A stretch of DNA of 40,221 nucleotides. It comes from an uncultured Clostridia bacterium (GTDB lineage Bacteria > Bacillota > Clostridia > TANB77 > CAG-508). The stretch spans positions 1 through 40,221 of the forward strand of contig CALXZW010000001.1 of the NCBI GenBank assembly GCA_944393345.1, given 5' to 3'. Below, in pieces: positions 1 to 9,894 of the stretch. The stretch's first letter is position 1; each line of letters opens with the position of its first letter. A model generated the notes under the pieces. It was not told the DNA's origin, ran no database searches, and saw nothing but the letters and a program-made list of their open reading frames with translations. The translations under genes and the position numbers were made by a program.

Positions 1-836
1 TTTTGATTAAATTTATATCTTCCTACTTTAGCTAAATCATATCTTCTGTTGTCAAAAAATAGTCCATTAAATAAGTTTCTTGCTGCATCTGCTGTTGGAA
101 GCTCTCCTGGTCTTAATTTTTTATATATTTCTATTAATGCTTCATCTTGATCTTTTATTGTATCTTTTGCAATTGTTGCTGTTAACATTTCTTCATCCCC
201 AAATAACTCTCTTATTTGGTCATCTGAAATAACACCTATTGCTCTTAATAATGTTGTTACAGGTACTTTTCTTGTTCTATCCACACGAACATAGAATATA
301 TCATTTCCATCTGTTTCATATTCTAACCATGCACCACGAAGTGGCATAACTGTTGATGTATATGTTCTTTTTCCTGTTTTTGTATCAAATTCTTCTGCAT
401 AATAACAACCTGGTGAACGAACTAATTGGCTTACTACAACTCTTTCCGCACCGTTTATTACAAATGTACCACTATCTGTCATTAATGGGAAATCACCTAA
501 ATAGATTTCTTGCTCTTTTATTTCACCTGTTTCACGGTTTATTAATCTTACCTTAACATGCAATCTTGCTGAATATGTTGCATCTCTTTCTTTGGCTTCT
601 TCAACTGAATATTTTGTTTTGTCTTCCATGTAATAATCAAAAAATTCTAATACTAAGTTTCCAGAATAATCTTCTATTGGTGAAATATCTTTTAATACTT
701 CTCCTAGACCTTCTTCTAAAAACCATTCATAAGAATCTTTTTGAACTTTAATAAGATTTGGCATTTCGATGTAATCTCCAACTTTTGCAAAGTTTTTACG
801 AGTTGCCTTCTCGTATTTTAACTCTTTTAATTCCAA
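1..836 (-). CDS. rpoB: DNA-directed RNA polymerase beta subunit, N-terminal ~278 codons; the 3' part runs off the window
   Basis: Absent from the ORF track because there is no stop in the window. My minus-strand translation from TTG at 836..834 gives (M)[43 protein letters not shown]...[30 protein letters not shown]...RAIGV, a typical RpoB N-terminus. A GAGGTGA Shine-Dalgarno lies at 848..842. Confidence 0.9.
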   Translation of the reverse strand, partial: MELKELKYEKATRKNFAKVGDYIEMPNLIKVQKDSYEWFLEEGLGEVLKDISPIEDYSGNLVLEFFDYYMEDKTKYSVEEAKERDATYSARLHVKVRLINRETGEIKEQEIYLGDFPLMTDSGTFVINGAERVVVSQLVRSPGCYYAEEFDTKTGKRTYTSTVMPLRGAWLEYETDGNDIFYVRVDRTRKVPVTTLLRAIGVISDDQIRELFGDEEMLTATIAKDTIKDQDEALIEIYKKLRPGELPTADAARNLFNGLFFDNRRYDLAKVGRYKFNQ

Positions 837-1549
837 AAAAATCACCTCTAAAAAAAATTAAGCAGAATTAAATATCAACTTTCGTTGACTAGATATATTT
901 ATTAAAAGAAGTCCCTCTTAAATAATAATTTGAAAATAAGATTTTGTTTTGTCTGCTTTTACAATTCAAAATTACTTATTTCAACTTATTTTTAATTCCT
1001 CTTCTTTTAATTTTAAACTTTTGAATAAATAATAAATTAATCTTTTGAAAAAATTTGCAAACTTAACCTGTTTATTAAATAAATGGCAATAAAAGAGCTG
1101 TCAAAAAACTTCTATTTTTTCGACTCGCCCTACTTTATTTATTTTATAATTTACATATTATTTTTCCTATTTTAATCACCTTTATTTTTATATAGATAAT
1201 TATTTTGCAAATCTTAATTATTATATACTATATATTGCTTAAAGTCAATGTTTTAATGTGATTTTGTTAATTTTAAAATACAAAAAACTAATTAACCTTT
1301 AATCTTTAACTATTTAAAACGAACTCAGAAGTTTGACAACTTAAAGAATTTTAGATTCTTGTGTTCTACCCTCTCTGTAATTTTATAGTCAGATTTGTTT
1401 TTTATATACTTTCTGCATCGCTTTATTACCAAGTATTTTACATCTTTTTAGTTTTTAAACTTATTTCTTAAGATTTAAAATTCAACTATTGAAATTTTAT
1501 AGATTTTATGTTAAACTATATGTAATACATTTTGAAAAGAGGTTTTATT

Positions 1550-1810
1550 ATGGACTTACCAATTGCCAAAATACTTTTTAGGCGGTCTGACACTAATATA
1601 CCAATTTTGGAGGTAATTTTGGAAAGCGAGGACAAAAACCTCAAAGATTTTCTGCTCCTTAAGGCTGTTATGATGATTGAGATGTCGGCTATTTTTACGG
1701 GTGTTCCTTACCCGAAAGAGCTATTTTCAAATGCTCCTATTGCCGTATATTTCTCTCTTATTTTTAACTCAGAAAGGGACATCGAACGTTTCGTTAAATT
1801 ATATTATTAA
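1550..1810 (+). CDS. Hypothetical 86-aa protein, or alternatively a non-coding transcript; its own promoter-to-terminator unit
   Basis: AGAGG lies 7 nt before the ATG at 1550, and the ORF is followed by the terminator at 1828-1858. Composition is visibly richer in G+C than the flanks. Codon use is atypical (AGG CGG tandem at 1580-1585, plus CTC, CTG, TCG, ACG, CCG). I recognise no homolog. Confidence 0.3.
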   Translation: MDLPIAKILFRRSDTNIPILEVILESEDKNLKDFLLLKAVMMIEMSAIFTGVPYPKELFSNAPIAVYFSLIFNSERDIERFVKLYY

Positions 1811-1827
1811 CGAAATTTTCTGGAAAG

Positions 1828-1858
1828 GCAACTCTGTATGGAGTTGTTTTTTCTTTTT
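1828..1858 (+). terminator. Rho-independent terminator
   Basis: Stem CAACTC (1829-1834) / GAGTTG (1841-1846) with a 6-nt loop, followed by TTTTTTCTTTTTT. Confidence 0.7.
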
Positions 1859-1899
1859 TACTTTAACAATTCATTCTTTAATTTCCTATAATATAGTCT

Positions 1900-1928
1900 T
1901 TGACATTTTTATCTTTTTATAGTACAAT
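1900..1928 (+). promoter_or_regulatory. Sigma-A type promoter for the 1958 gene
   Basis: TTGACA (1900-1905), 17-nt spacer, TACAAT (1923-1928). Confidence 0.6.
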
Positions 1929-1957
1929 ATAAAAAGTTTAAAAATAGGAGGAGTTTT

Positions 1958-2458
1958 ATGTCAGAATTACCATTAATAGTAAAATATTTATTAACAACAT
2001 TTATAGGAATGGTTCCAATCGCAGAATTAAGAGGAGCAATACCAGTTGGAGTATTCACATTCGACCTTAATTATGTTGAATCTTTTATTTGTAGTTTTAT
2101 AGGTAATATTATTCCATTATATTTTATAGTAAAATTTATAAGACCCCTATTTGATTTTTTTGGAAGATGGAAACCATTTAAAATTATTATTGATTGGGCT
2201 TCAGAAAGAGCAACTAAAAAAATTGAAGAAAGTGAAAAATTACAAAATTTTGCTGCTTTAGGTTTATTCCTATTTGTTGCTGTTCCATTACCTGGAACTG
2301 GTGCTTGGGTTGGTTCTTTAATTGCAAACTTTTTAGATTTGCCACCTAAAAAAGCGATTCCACCTATAATTCTTGGTGTTCTTGCTGCTGGTATAATTAT
2401 TTTAACTTTAACAGCTATAGCTAATGGTGGTATTCAATATTTGTTACAAAATGGATAA
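1958..2458 (+). CDS. Small multi-drug-export-like membrane protein (COG2426 / Sm_multidrug_ex family)
   Basis: 166 aa and multi-TM. The motifs IAELRGAIPVG and LPGTGAWVGSLIANFL are typical of this family. GGAGG lies upstream of the ATG. Confidence 0.7.
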   Translation: MSELPLIVKYLLTTFIGMVPIAELRGAIPVGVFTFDLNYVESFICSFIGNIIPLYFIVKFIRPLFDFFGRWKPFKIIIDWASERATKKIEESEKLQNFAALGLFLFVAVPLPGTGAWVGSLIANFLDLPPKKAIPPIILGVLAAGIIILTLTAIANGGIQYLLQNG

Positions 2459-2503
2459 AAAAAATCCTATATCAGTATTTTTTACTAATATAGGATTTTA
2501 TTT

Positions 2504-3646
2504 TTATTCCATTTGTTTATTATTCTTTTTATATTTTAATCTAAAACTTATATAATCTTCTACAACAATCTTTAATACTGCCGCTACTGGCACTGCTAAA
2601 AACATACCTAATATTCCAAAATATGCTCCACCGACTGTTACAGCAAATATTACTAATAGTGGGCTTACTTTCAATGATTGACCTACTATTTTCGGATTTA
2701 TAATGTTTGCATCTAATTGTTGTAAAATTATTACTACTATTAACATCCATATTGCTTGTGATATTCCACCTGTCATTAATGTTATTACTGCTGAAATAGC
2801 AACAGCAATTATTGCTCCTATATATGGTATCATATTAAATAGTCCTATAAAAAATCCTAATAATGGTGCATATTTAACTCCCATTAATGACATTGCTATT
2901 GTCACTAATATTCCTACTACTATCGCATCTAAGAATTGACTAGCAATAAATTTAAAAAATATTTCATTTGAGTTATTAAAATATTTATCTATGTTTTTAT
3001 AAGTTTTTTCTTCAAATACTGCATTTGTCAATCTTTTTAGAAACACTAACAATTTTGATCTTTCTGCTAAAATATATGTAGAAACTATTATAGCTACAAA
3101 AATTTCAAATATGCTTGTTACGGCACTTATAGCATTTAGTAAATACTCTATTATTTTATCTGCTCCAATATATTGTTTTAAATCTATATTTTTTACATCT
3201 TCTATTAATTCTTTTACAAATTCGCTTTTAAATATTGAATTTTCTGATAAACTATTTATATTGTTAATTGCTGTGTCATAATAATTTTGCATATTATTTA
3301 TTAAATCAGATATACTTTCAAAAACAACTGGTAAAATAACATTTATTAATATTACTATTATTATTACTACCATAAAATATACTGTAAAAATCGATAATCC
3401 TCTTGCTTTTCTTGATATTATTTTTATTTTAGACTTTCTATATGCTTCTTCAATTTTTTTACAAGGTACATATAGTAAATATGCAATAAATATACCAATT
3501 AAAAATGGACTTATAACATTAAAAAATCCTCCTATTACTTCTGTAATATCTGCAAAATTATCTAATATTTTATATACTATTATTATTGCAACACCTAATA
3601 AAAACCAATATAGCCATTTTCTCCAATGATTTTTTATTTCATTCAT
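2504..3646 (-). CDS. AI-2E family transporter (UPF0118 / PerM / YtvI-like)
   Basis: 380 aa and polytopic. The C-terminal signature is NIINPKIVGQSLKVSPLLVIFAVTVGGAYFGILGMFLAVPVAAVLK. Confidence 0.85.
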   Translation of the reverse strand: MNEIKNHWRKWLYWFLLGVAIIIVYKILDNFADITEVIGGFFNVISPFLIGIFIAYLLYVPCKKIEEAYRKSKIKIISRKARGLSIFTVYFMVVIIIVILINVILPVVFESISDLINNMQNYYDTAINNINSLSENSIFKSEFVKELIEDVKNIDLKQYIGADKIIEYLLNAISAVTSIFEIFVAIIVSTYILAERSKLLVFLKRLTNAVFEEKTYKNIDKYFNNSNEIFFKFIASQFLDAIVVGILVTIAMSLMGVKYAPLLGFFIGLFNMIPYIGAIIAVAISAVITLMTGGISQAIWMLIVVIILQQLDANIINPKIVGQSLKVSPLLVIFAVTVGGAYFGILGMFLAVPVAAVLKIVVEDYISFRLKYKKNNKQME

Positions 3647-3677
3647 TAAATCACTTTCCTTTCATATTTAAATAATT

Positions 3678-4433
3678 TTATATGTTTATTTCTAAACTAA
3701 CTGGACAATGATCACTTCCCATAATTTCTGCATATATTTTTGCTTCTTTTATTTTATCTTTTAAGTTATTTGATACTATAAAATAATCTATTCTCCATCC
3801 CACATTTTTTTCTCTTGCTTTTCCCATATATGACCACCAAGTATATGCATTCTCTTTATCTGGATATAAGTATCTATATGTATCAATAAAACCAGATTCT
3901 AGTAATTCTGTCATTTTTTTTCTTTCTTCATCTGTAAATCCGGCATTTCTTCTATTCGTTTTAGGATTTTTTAAATCTATTTCTTTATGTGCTACATTTA
4001 AATCTCCACACATTATTACAGGTTTGTTTTTCTTTAATTGTAATAGATATTCTCTTATCTCATCTTCCCAGACTTGCCTATAATCTAATCTCTCTAACTC
4101 TCTTTTTGAATTTGGTGTATATATATTTACAATATAAAAATTATCATATTCTAAGGTTATAACTCTTCCTTCATTATCATGCTCGTCTTTTCCAATTCCA
4201 TATATTACATTTATAGGCACTTTTTTTACAAAAATAGCCGTTCCAGAATATCCTTTTTTTTCCGCACTGTTCCAGTAACTTTTATAGCCATCAAATTCTA
4301 ATTCAATTTGACCTTTTTGGCATTTAGTTTCTTGAATACAAAATATATCTGCATTTATTTCTTGAAAAAAATCAGAAAATCCTTTGTTCACACATGCTCT
4401 TATTCCATTAACATTCCATGACACTAATTTCAT
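3678..4433 (-). CDS. xth: Exodeoxyribonuclease III
   Basis: 251 aa: MKLVSWNVNGIRA...FCIQETK...GDLNVAH...WWSY...RIDY...GSDHCPV. Confidence 0.95.
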   Translation of the reverse strand: MKLVSWNVNGIRACVNKGFSDFFQEINADIFCIQETKCQKGQIELEFDGYKSYWNSAEKKGYSGTAIFVKKVPINVIYGIGKDEHDNEGRVITLEYDNFYIVNIYTPNSKRELERLDYRQVWEDEIREYLLQLKKNKPVIMCGDLNVAHKEIDLKNPKTNRRNAGFTDEERKKMTELLESGFIDTYRYLYPDKENAYTWWSYMGKAREKNVGWRIDYFIVSNNLKDKIKEAKIYAEIMGSDHCPVSLEINI

Positions 4434-4563
4434 CTTTTTCTTCCTTTTCTTTAAATTTATCTATATAAAAAGATTATATCCGCTATCTGTTAAAAAATCA
4501 AGTCTTTTATTTACCGTAACTCTAAAATTAAAAATAAACCCACTTTGAAAGTGAGTTTTTATT

Positions 4564-5553
4564 TTAAAAATATACATTTCCGCCTATTAATTGACCCGAA
4601 TGAGTTCCTGCTGCTCTAAATGATAAATAATTGTGATTCCTTACACCATTTAAAGCATCTGTTACTGCTTGAACTACTACACTTGAATAATTTCCATTTA
4701 ATCTTTTTTTCCAATGGCTATCTATAGAGTAACAAAATTGGCCTGGTGCTTTATATTGGCTTAATGGATCTGTACCATTTTTTCTCCATTTTGTACTTTG
4801 TGCTCTATTACAAGCTGTTGTTATAACTGCCAATGCTCCTGTATAACTTGAACTACACTCTTGCGCTGTAATTGCACATAACAAGTCAAAATCACTTGCT
4901 GAATATTGCCATTTTCCTCCTGAATATGATACTACAGTTGAACTTCTAGATGTTACTTTTTGTACCTGTACTATCTTATTTACAGGTTCTTTTATTGTAA
5001 CTTCTGATATAACTGTTTTCTCTATTTCTACATCATTTTGATATTTAATTTTATATGTTATTTCTTTTAAACCATCTTGACCCTGTTGTATTACTTTATT
5101 TGTTGTTTTTTCTGTAGTTGTAGTTGAGTTTTTTGTTATTGTTTCATAAGGTATTGTTACTTGCTCTACTACTATTTTTTCAGTAATAGGTGCATAATTT
5201 TTTAATAATTCATCTAAAGTTGCTTCCGTTCCTTGTTCAGATACATTTGCTATTTGAACTTCATTATATGATTTATCTGCTATTTTAATATTTTGACCTT
5301 CCTTAATTTCTGAATCCAAACCTGGAATTGTTTTTTGATTTTCTTCTAATATTATGTTGTTTTCTTCTAATATTTCCGAAACTTTTGTTTTTGATGTTAA
5401 CACTGTCATTTCATAACCATTTTGCAATGTTATTGTTACATCATCTAATTTAGTATTTACTGCTAAAACTCCTATACCTGATATTAAAAGTAATATTATA
5501 CTTATACAAATTATTTTCATTATAGAAATCGAAGCTTTTTCTTCTTTTTTCAT
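4564..5553 (-). CDS. Membrane-anchored cell wall hydrolase with DUF348-like, G5 and SleB-like (Hydrolase_2) domains
   Basis: N-terminal TM segment. A G5-like segment is present (VTIPYETITK...QQGQDGLKEITYKIKYQNDVEIEKTVISEVTIKEPVNKIV). The C-terminus DLLCAITAQEC...ALAVITTACNRA...YKAPGQF resembles SleB-type hydrolases. Confidence 0.75.
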   Translation of the reverse strand: MKKEEKASISIMKIICISIILLLISGIGVLAVNTKLDDVTITLQNGYEMTVLTSKTKVSEILEENNIILEENQKTIPGLDSEIKEGQNIKIADKSYNEVQIANVSEQGTEATLDELLKNYAPITEKIVVEQVTIPYETITKNSTTTTEKTTNKVIQQGQDGLKEITYKIKYQNDVEIEKTVISEVTIKEPVNKIVQVQKVTSRSSTVVSYSGGKWQYSASDFDLLCAITAQECSSSYTGALAVITTACNRAQSTKWRKNGTDPLSQYKAPGQFCYSIDSHWKKRLNGNYSSVVVQAVTDALNGVRNHNYLSFRAAGTHSGQLIGGNVYF

Positions 5554-5585
5554 AAATTTTATTACCTCCTTTTGGCAACGTATTT

Positions 5586-5614
5586 ATTATACTATATTTT
5601 TTTCATTCTGTCAA
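5586..5614 (-). promoter_or_regulatory. Sigma-A type promoter for the wall hydrolase gene
   Basis: On the minus strand: TTGACA (5614..5609), 17-nt spacer, TATAAT (5591..5586). Confidence 0.6.
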
Positions 5615-5812
5615 ATTTTTGTAATTCTACATTCCTAGGGATTTACACACTTTAGGTTTTTGTTTGTCCTATTTTTCTAGTTATTCAATAATATTATATT
5701 CTTATTTTTTTATAAATATTACTTTATATTCACATTTTTTTCACAATTTTATTGTATAAATTTTATTAATATGATATCATTTATTGTATATAATATAAGA
5801 AGGAGGATTTTT

Positions 5813-6376
5813 ATGATTGGTTGGATTATACTTGCAGTTGTTATTTTATTAGTTATCGTTGTTATTGGATTATATAATAGTCTTGTTCAAGCTAGAATTA
5901 AAGTTGATAATGCTTGGAGTCAAATTGATGTTCAACTACAAAGAAGATTTGACTTAATTCCTAATTTTGTTGAAACAGTAAAAGGTTATATGCAACATGA
6001 ATCTGAGACATTTGAAAAAATAACTAAATTAAGAACTTCTTGGGCAAATACTCAAAGTGTTTCTGAAAAAGCTAAACTTGACAATGAATTATCTAATTCT
6101 TTAAAGACAATTATGGCTGTTTCTGAAAATTACCCTGATTTAAAAGCAAATCAAAATTTTTCTGAATTATCTGAAGAATTAAGAAACACAGAAAATAAAA
6201 TATCTTTTTCTAGACAATTCTATAATGATACAGTAACAATGTATAATACAAAATTACAAGTTGTTCCTTCTAACATAATTGCTGGAATGTTTCATTTTAC
6301 ACCTCGTGAATTATTTAAAACTGAAAGCGAAGAAGCTAGAAAGAATGTAAAAGTAGATTTTGGAAAAAATGCTTAA
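5813..6376 (+). CDS. lemA: LemA family protein
   Basis: The start is moved to the ATG at 5813, which follows AGGAGG (5801-5806). N-terminal TM segment, then [31 protein letters not shown]...FYNDTV..YN, typical of LemA. Confidence 0.9.
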   Translation: MIGWIILAVVILLVIVVIGLYNSLVQARIKVDNAWSQIDVQLQRRFDLIPNFVETVKGYMQHESETFEKITKLRTSWANTQSVSEKAKLDNELSNSLKTIMAVSENYPDLKANQNFSELSEELRNTENKISFSRQFYNDTVTMYNTKLQVVPSNIIAGMFHFTPRELFKTESEEARKNVKVDFGKNA

Positions 6377-6465
6377 AAAAAATAACGAGGCATAATTAAA
6401 TACTTTTTATTATAGTATTTATATGCCTCATATTTATTTAAATTTATTATAAAGGATGATTAATT

Positions 6466-7368
6466 ATGTTTGAAAGTATTAAAAAAAATAAAATAGAATC
6501 AGGAGTAATAGTTGGAATATTTATAATTGTTATAACACTTATTGTATATTATATCTGTCATGCTTTGGAATTAGGTACTTTTTCTATAGTAATTGCATTA
6601 ATTTTTTCCATTGCCACAGCTTGGGGATCTTATTATTATAGCGACAAAATTGTATTATCAATAAATAAGGCTAGACCTGCAACAAAGGAAGAAGATTTAA
6701 AAATAGTAAATATTCTTGATGCTTTAATGGTAACTTCTGGTTTATCACATAAACCTAGACTATATGTTGTAGATGATATTCAACCCAATGCTTTTGCTAC
6801 TGGTAGAAACCCTGAAAACTCAGTTATTTGCGTAACTACAGGGCTTTTAGAAAAATTAGATTATTATGAGTTAGAAGGTGTTATCGCACATGAATTGAGT
6901 CATATTAAAAATTATGATATAAGACTTAGTTGTGTTGTTTCAGTAATGGTTGGATTTATGGTTATGCTATCTGATTTATTTTCTAGAATTCTTTTTTTGG
7001 GAGGAGCAAAAGATCGTGATAGCGACAGTAAAGGTAATGGAATCTTAATGATTATCGGATTAATATTTTTAATATTATCACCAATTTTTGGTTCGCTTAT
7101 GCAATTAGCTTTATCTAGAAAAAGAGAGTTTTTAGCAGATGCTACGGCAGTAGAATTTACACGTAACCCAGAAGGTCTTATATCTGCATTACAAAAATTA
7201 GATGCTGATTCTAATCAATTAAAGACTGCTAATAGTGCTACTGCTAATATGTATATTGTTAATCCATTTAAGAAAAATACTAAAGAAGGTAAGAAAAAAT
7301 CTAGCAGCCTTTGGTCTACACACCCTAGTATTGAAGATAGAATTGAAGCTTTAAGAAATATAAGATAA
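6466..7368 (+). CDS. htpX: Zinc metalloprotease HtpX (M48 family)
   Basis: 300 aa with HELSHIKNYD (HExxH), TM segments, and the C-terminal STHPSIEDRIEAL motif. Confidence 0.9.
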   Translation: MFESIKKNKIESGVIVGIFIIVITLIVYYICHALELGTFSIVIALIFSIATAWGSYYYSDKIVLSINKARPATKEEDLKIVNILDALMVTSGLSHKPRLYVVDDIQPNAFATGRNPENSVICVTTGLLEKLDYYELEGVIAHELSHIKNYDIRLSCVVSVMVGFMVMLSDLFSRILFLGGAKDRDSDSKGNGILMIIGLIFLILSPIFGSLMQLALSRKREFLADATAVEFTRNPEGLISALQKLDADSNQLKTANSATANMYIVNPFKKNTKEGKKKSSSLWSTHPSIEDRIEALRNIR

Positions 7369-7424
7369 TCATTATTTTAATTATATATAAAAAGACAAAT
7401 ACAATATTAAAGTATTTGTCTTTT

Positions 7425-8207
7425 TTAATCATTAATTTTAAATATTTTTTTTGCATTTTCAGTAGTAATTTTTGCAATTTTCTCAATATTTTTTCCTTTA
7501 ACTTCTGCTATTTTTTTTGCCATATACTTTACATTTCTGCAATCATTTCTCTTTCCTCTATTTGGTTCTGGTGATAAATATGGACTATCCGTTTCTATTA
7601 ACATTTTTTCATCAGGAACTATTGATATTATTTCACTTGCATTTTTGGAATTTTTAAAAGTTATCGGACCTGCAAACGAAATATAAAAACCAAGTTTTAA
7701 TGCTTCTTTTACTAATTCTCTATTTAAAGGACAACAATGAAAAACCCCTTTTTCTTTTACTATATTCTTTTTTAAAATTTCCAATGTATCCATTATAGCT
7801 TCTCTTGTATGTATAACAATAGGCAATTCTAATTTGTTTGCTATTTCTATTTGTTTTATAAATGCTTTTTTTTGCATTTCTTTATTCTCTGTATTCCAAT
7901 AATAATCTAAACCAATTTCTCCAATCGCTACTACTTTAGAATTATTTTTCGCTAAATATTCAATTTGAGTTAACATTTTCCACAATTCTTCATCAGTTTG
8001 TGGAACATCATTAGGTGATATTCCAGCCGTTGCATATATAAAATCATATTTTTTAGATAATTCTATTGATTGTATTGTTCCTTCTAAACTGTAACCAGCA
8101 TTTATAAAATTAGATATTTCACTATTTCTTATTTCTTTTATTATTTCTTCTCTATCTTGATTAAAATGTTCATCATTTATATGTGCATGACTATCAAAAA
8201 ATTCCAT
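7425..8207 (-). CDS. tatD: TatD family deoxyribonuclease/hydrolase
   Basis: 260 aa: MEFFDSHAHIND...GEIGLDYYW...IHTREA...ETDSPYLSP. Confidence 0.9.
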   Translation of the reverse strand: MEFFDSHAHINDEHFNQDREEIIKEIRNSEISNFINAGYSLEGTIQSIELSKKYDFIYATAGISPNDVPQTDEELWKMLTQIEYLAKNNSKVVAIGEIGLDYYWNTENKEMQKKAFIKQIEIANKLELPIVIHTREAIMDTLEILKKNIVKEKGVFHCCPLNRELVKEALKLGFYISFAGPITFKNSKNASEIISIVPDEKMLIETDSPYLSPEPNRGKRNDCRNVKYMAKKIAEVKGKNIEKIAKITTENAKKIFKIND

Positions 8208-8212
8208 TTTGC

Positions 8213-8608
8213 TTACTCCATTTTACATTGATTGTTTTTCCATATCACAACTACATTCGCTACAGCATATTGTTTACAATGTGACATGCTTAAATCTATA
8301 TTTTCAATATTATTACTTATTTTATGAGTAATTTTTACTTTTGGCTTTCCATCCTCTCTATTTAAAACTTCGATGTCTTTCCAAGATATCGAATATTTAT
8401 CATTCAAGAATTCTGATATTGCTTTAAATACCGCTTCTTTTGCTGCAAATCTTGCAGAATAATGTTGATATTTTTGCCTCTTCTTACTTTCACAATATTT
8501 AATTTCATTTTCAGTATATACTCTTTCCAATATTCTATCTTCTAAAGTTTCTATACTTTCTTTTATTCTTTCTATTTCAATTATGTCTGTTCCACAAGTT
8601 ATTTTCAT
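8213..8608 (-). CDS. acpS: Holo-[acyl-carrier-protein] synthase
   Basis: 131 aa: GTDIIEIERI...RFAAKEAVFKA...SMSH. Confidence 0.9.
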   Translation of the reverse strand: MKITCGTDIIEIERIKESIETLEDRILERVYTENEIKYCESKKRQKYQHYSARFAAKEAVFKAISEFLNDKYSISWKDIEVLNREDGKPKVKITHKISNNIENIDLSMSHCKQYAVANVVVIWKNNQCKME

Positions 8609-8622
8609 TTCTATTCAATCCT

Positions 8623-9852
8623 TTATTTAGTCATTACAATAAAATTTAATATATTAAATACTAACGAAGCAACTAAAACAATTGCAATTATTATTGTAGA
8701 TTTCATATTTCTTTCAATATTTAATTCTTTGTATAATGTATCATATTTGCTTTTTACTTCATTATATAATTTATCTATTTCTAAAACTCTTTGTATTTTA
8801 TTATTTAATTCTGTTCCAATTTCATCTTCTGTTATTTCTTGTATCCATAAATTTTTAGTGAATTCTATGAATTTTTTCCTTGCTTTTTTTACTTTATTTA
8901 TATTTTTTAGTTCATTTTGTATCTTTTTTAAATATATTTTTTTATATAAATTTAATATATATGTATATAAAAATTGATTCTCATATTCATCCGGTAAAAT
9001 TGTATAATTATTTATATCTGCACTTGATGAAAATAAGAGCATTCCTAATTTTGTTATTCCAATTTTAGCATATTTCCAAGCAGAAAATACTGTTATTTCA
9101 TTATCAGAAATTTCTCTACTACTATCTGCTGATAATATATTTGAATATTTAATGAAATTATATTTTATATTTTCAAAATGTCTATTTGAATTCCAATTCT
9201 CTTGATCTATACAAGTATATGCATATGTTATAAATCTTTCTGTATCAATATCTAATTTTAAAGCCTCAACTTTTGATCCCGTTATATTTCTTATAAAATC
9301 TCGTAAAGTTTCTGTTGTTGAAAAAGTATCATTTTGTAATCTTATATTATCATAATTATCTAAATTAGAAACTTCTTGATTTATATCTCTAAATTTGTAA
9401 TTAAAATTTAGAATATTAGAAAATTCAAAATTATCTTCCACAGACGTTTTCATACATAAAAAACATATTCCTGTATTAAAACATATTATTTCTACTTTCT
9501 GTATACTAAAAAATATGCCTTTTTTTCCATCCACTTTCGCTTGTATATCCTTTTTTAAACTATATTCAAATATAGTACAAGGATATTTATTAAGTATAGC
9601 AGATCTTGTTTCTATAGGTAATTCTTCAAATTTTTTCATCTTTCCATTTGTAAAGCTAAAACTTGAAAATAAAAAATCTCTAGTTTTAGGTAAAAAATAT
9701 TTATACAACCTTAAATCTTTTTCTTTCTGAAAAATTTTTAATTTGCAATTTTTATCTTTTAACATTTTTAAAAGATATTTTTGATATTTACCTTCTTTTA
9801 CTACAAATGGATGTATAAAATATGTATATTGATATTTTGTCTTTAGTTCCAT
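8623..9852 (-). CDS. Hypothetical protein, 409 aa, with a coiled-coil-like C-terminal region ending in a single TM helix
   Basis: The start is placed at the ATG at 9852, after AAAGGTGG. It is a long open frame in a stop-rich AT-rich background. I recognise no family. The C-terminus is STIIIAIVLVASLVFNILNFIV. Confidence 0.6.
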   Translation of the reverse strand: MELKTKYQYTYFIHPFVVKEGKYQKYLLKMLKDKNCKLKIFQKEKDLRLYKYFLPKTRDFLFSSFSFTNGKMKKFEELPIETRSAILNKYPCTIFEYSLKKDIQAKVDGKKGIFFSIQKVEIICFNTGICFLCMKTSVEDNFEFSNILNFNYKFRDINQEVSNLDNYDNIRLQNDTFSTTETLRDFIRNITGSKVEALKLDIDTERFITYAYTCIDQENWNSNRHFENIKYNFIKYSNILSADSSREISDNEITVFSAWKYAKIGITKLGMLLFSSSADINNYTILPDEYENQFLYTYILNLYKKIYLKKIQNELKNINKVKKARKKFIEFTKNLWIQEITEDEIGTELNNKIQRVLEIDKLYNEVKSKYDTLYKELNIERNMKSTIIIAIVLVASLVFNILNFIVMTK

Positions 9853-9894
9853 TTTTACCACCTTTATTATCTATTTAATTTTTTATATATTTAA

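Noticed and set aside
353-751. Plus-strand ORFs 353..556 and 566..751.
   Set aside because: They are antisense to the rpoB N-terminal coding region, which translates into a strongly conserved RpoB sequence.
1490-1860. Assigning the GC-richer unit to a known RNA class (T-box, tmRNA, RNase P, SRP RNA, or a guanidine or other riboswitch for the downstream exporter-like gene).
   Set aside because: I could not find any of the conserved core sequences of those classes. The downstream gene also has its own promoter after the terminator, so a cis-regulatory leader is unlikely. It is kept only as an unclassified candidate.
5813-7368. The lemA-htpX adjacency, considered as a novel system.
   Set aside because: LemA next to an M48/HtpX-type protease is a commonly observed and already described neighbourhood, so it is not unusual.
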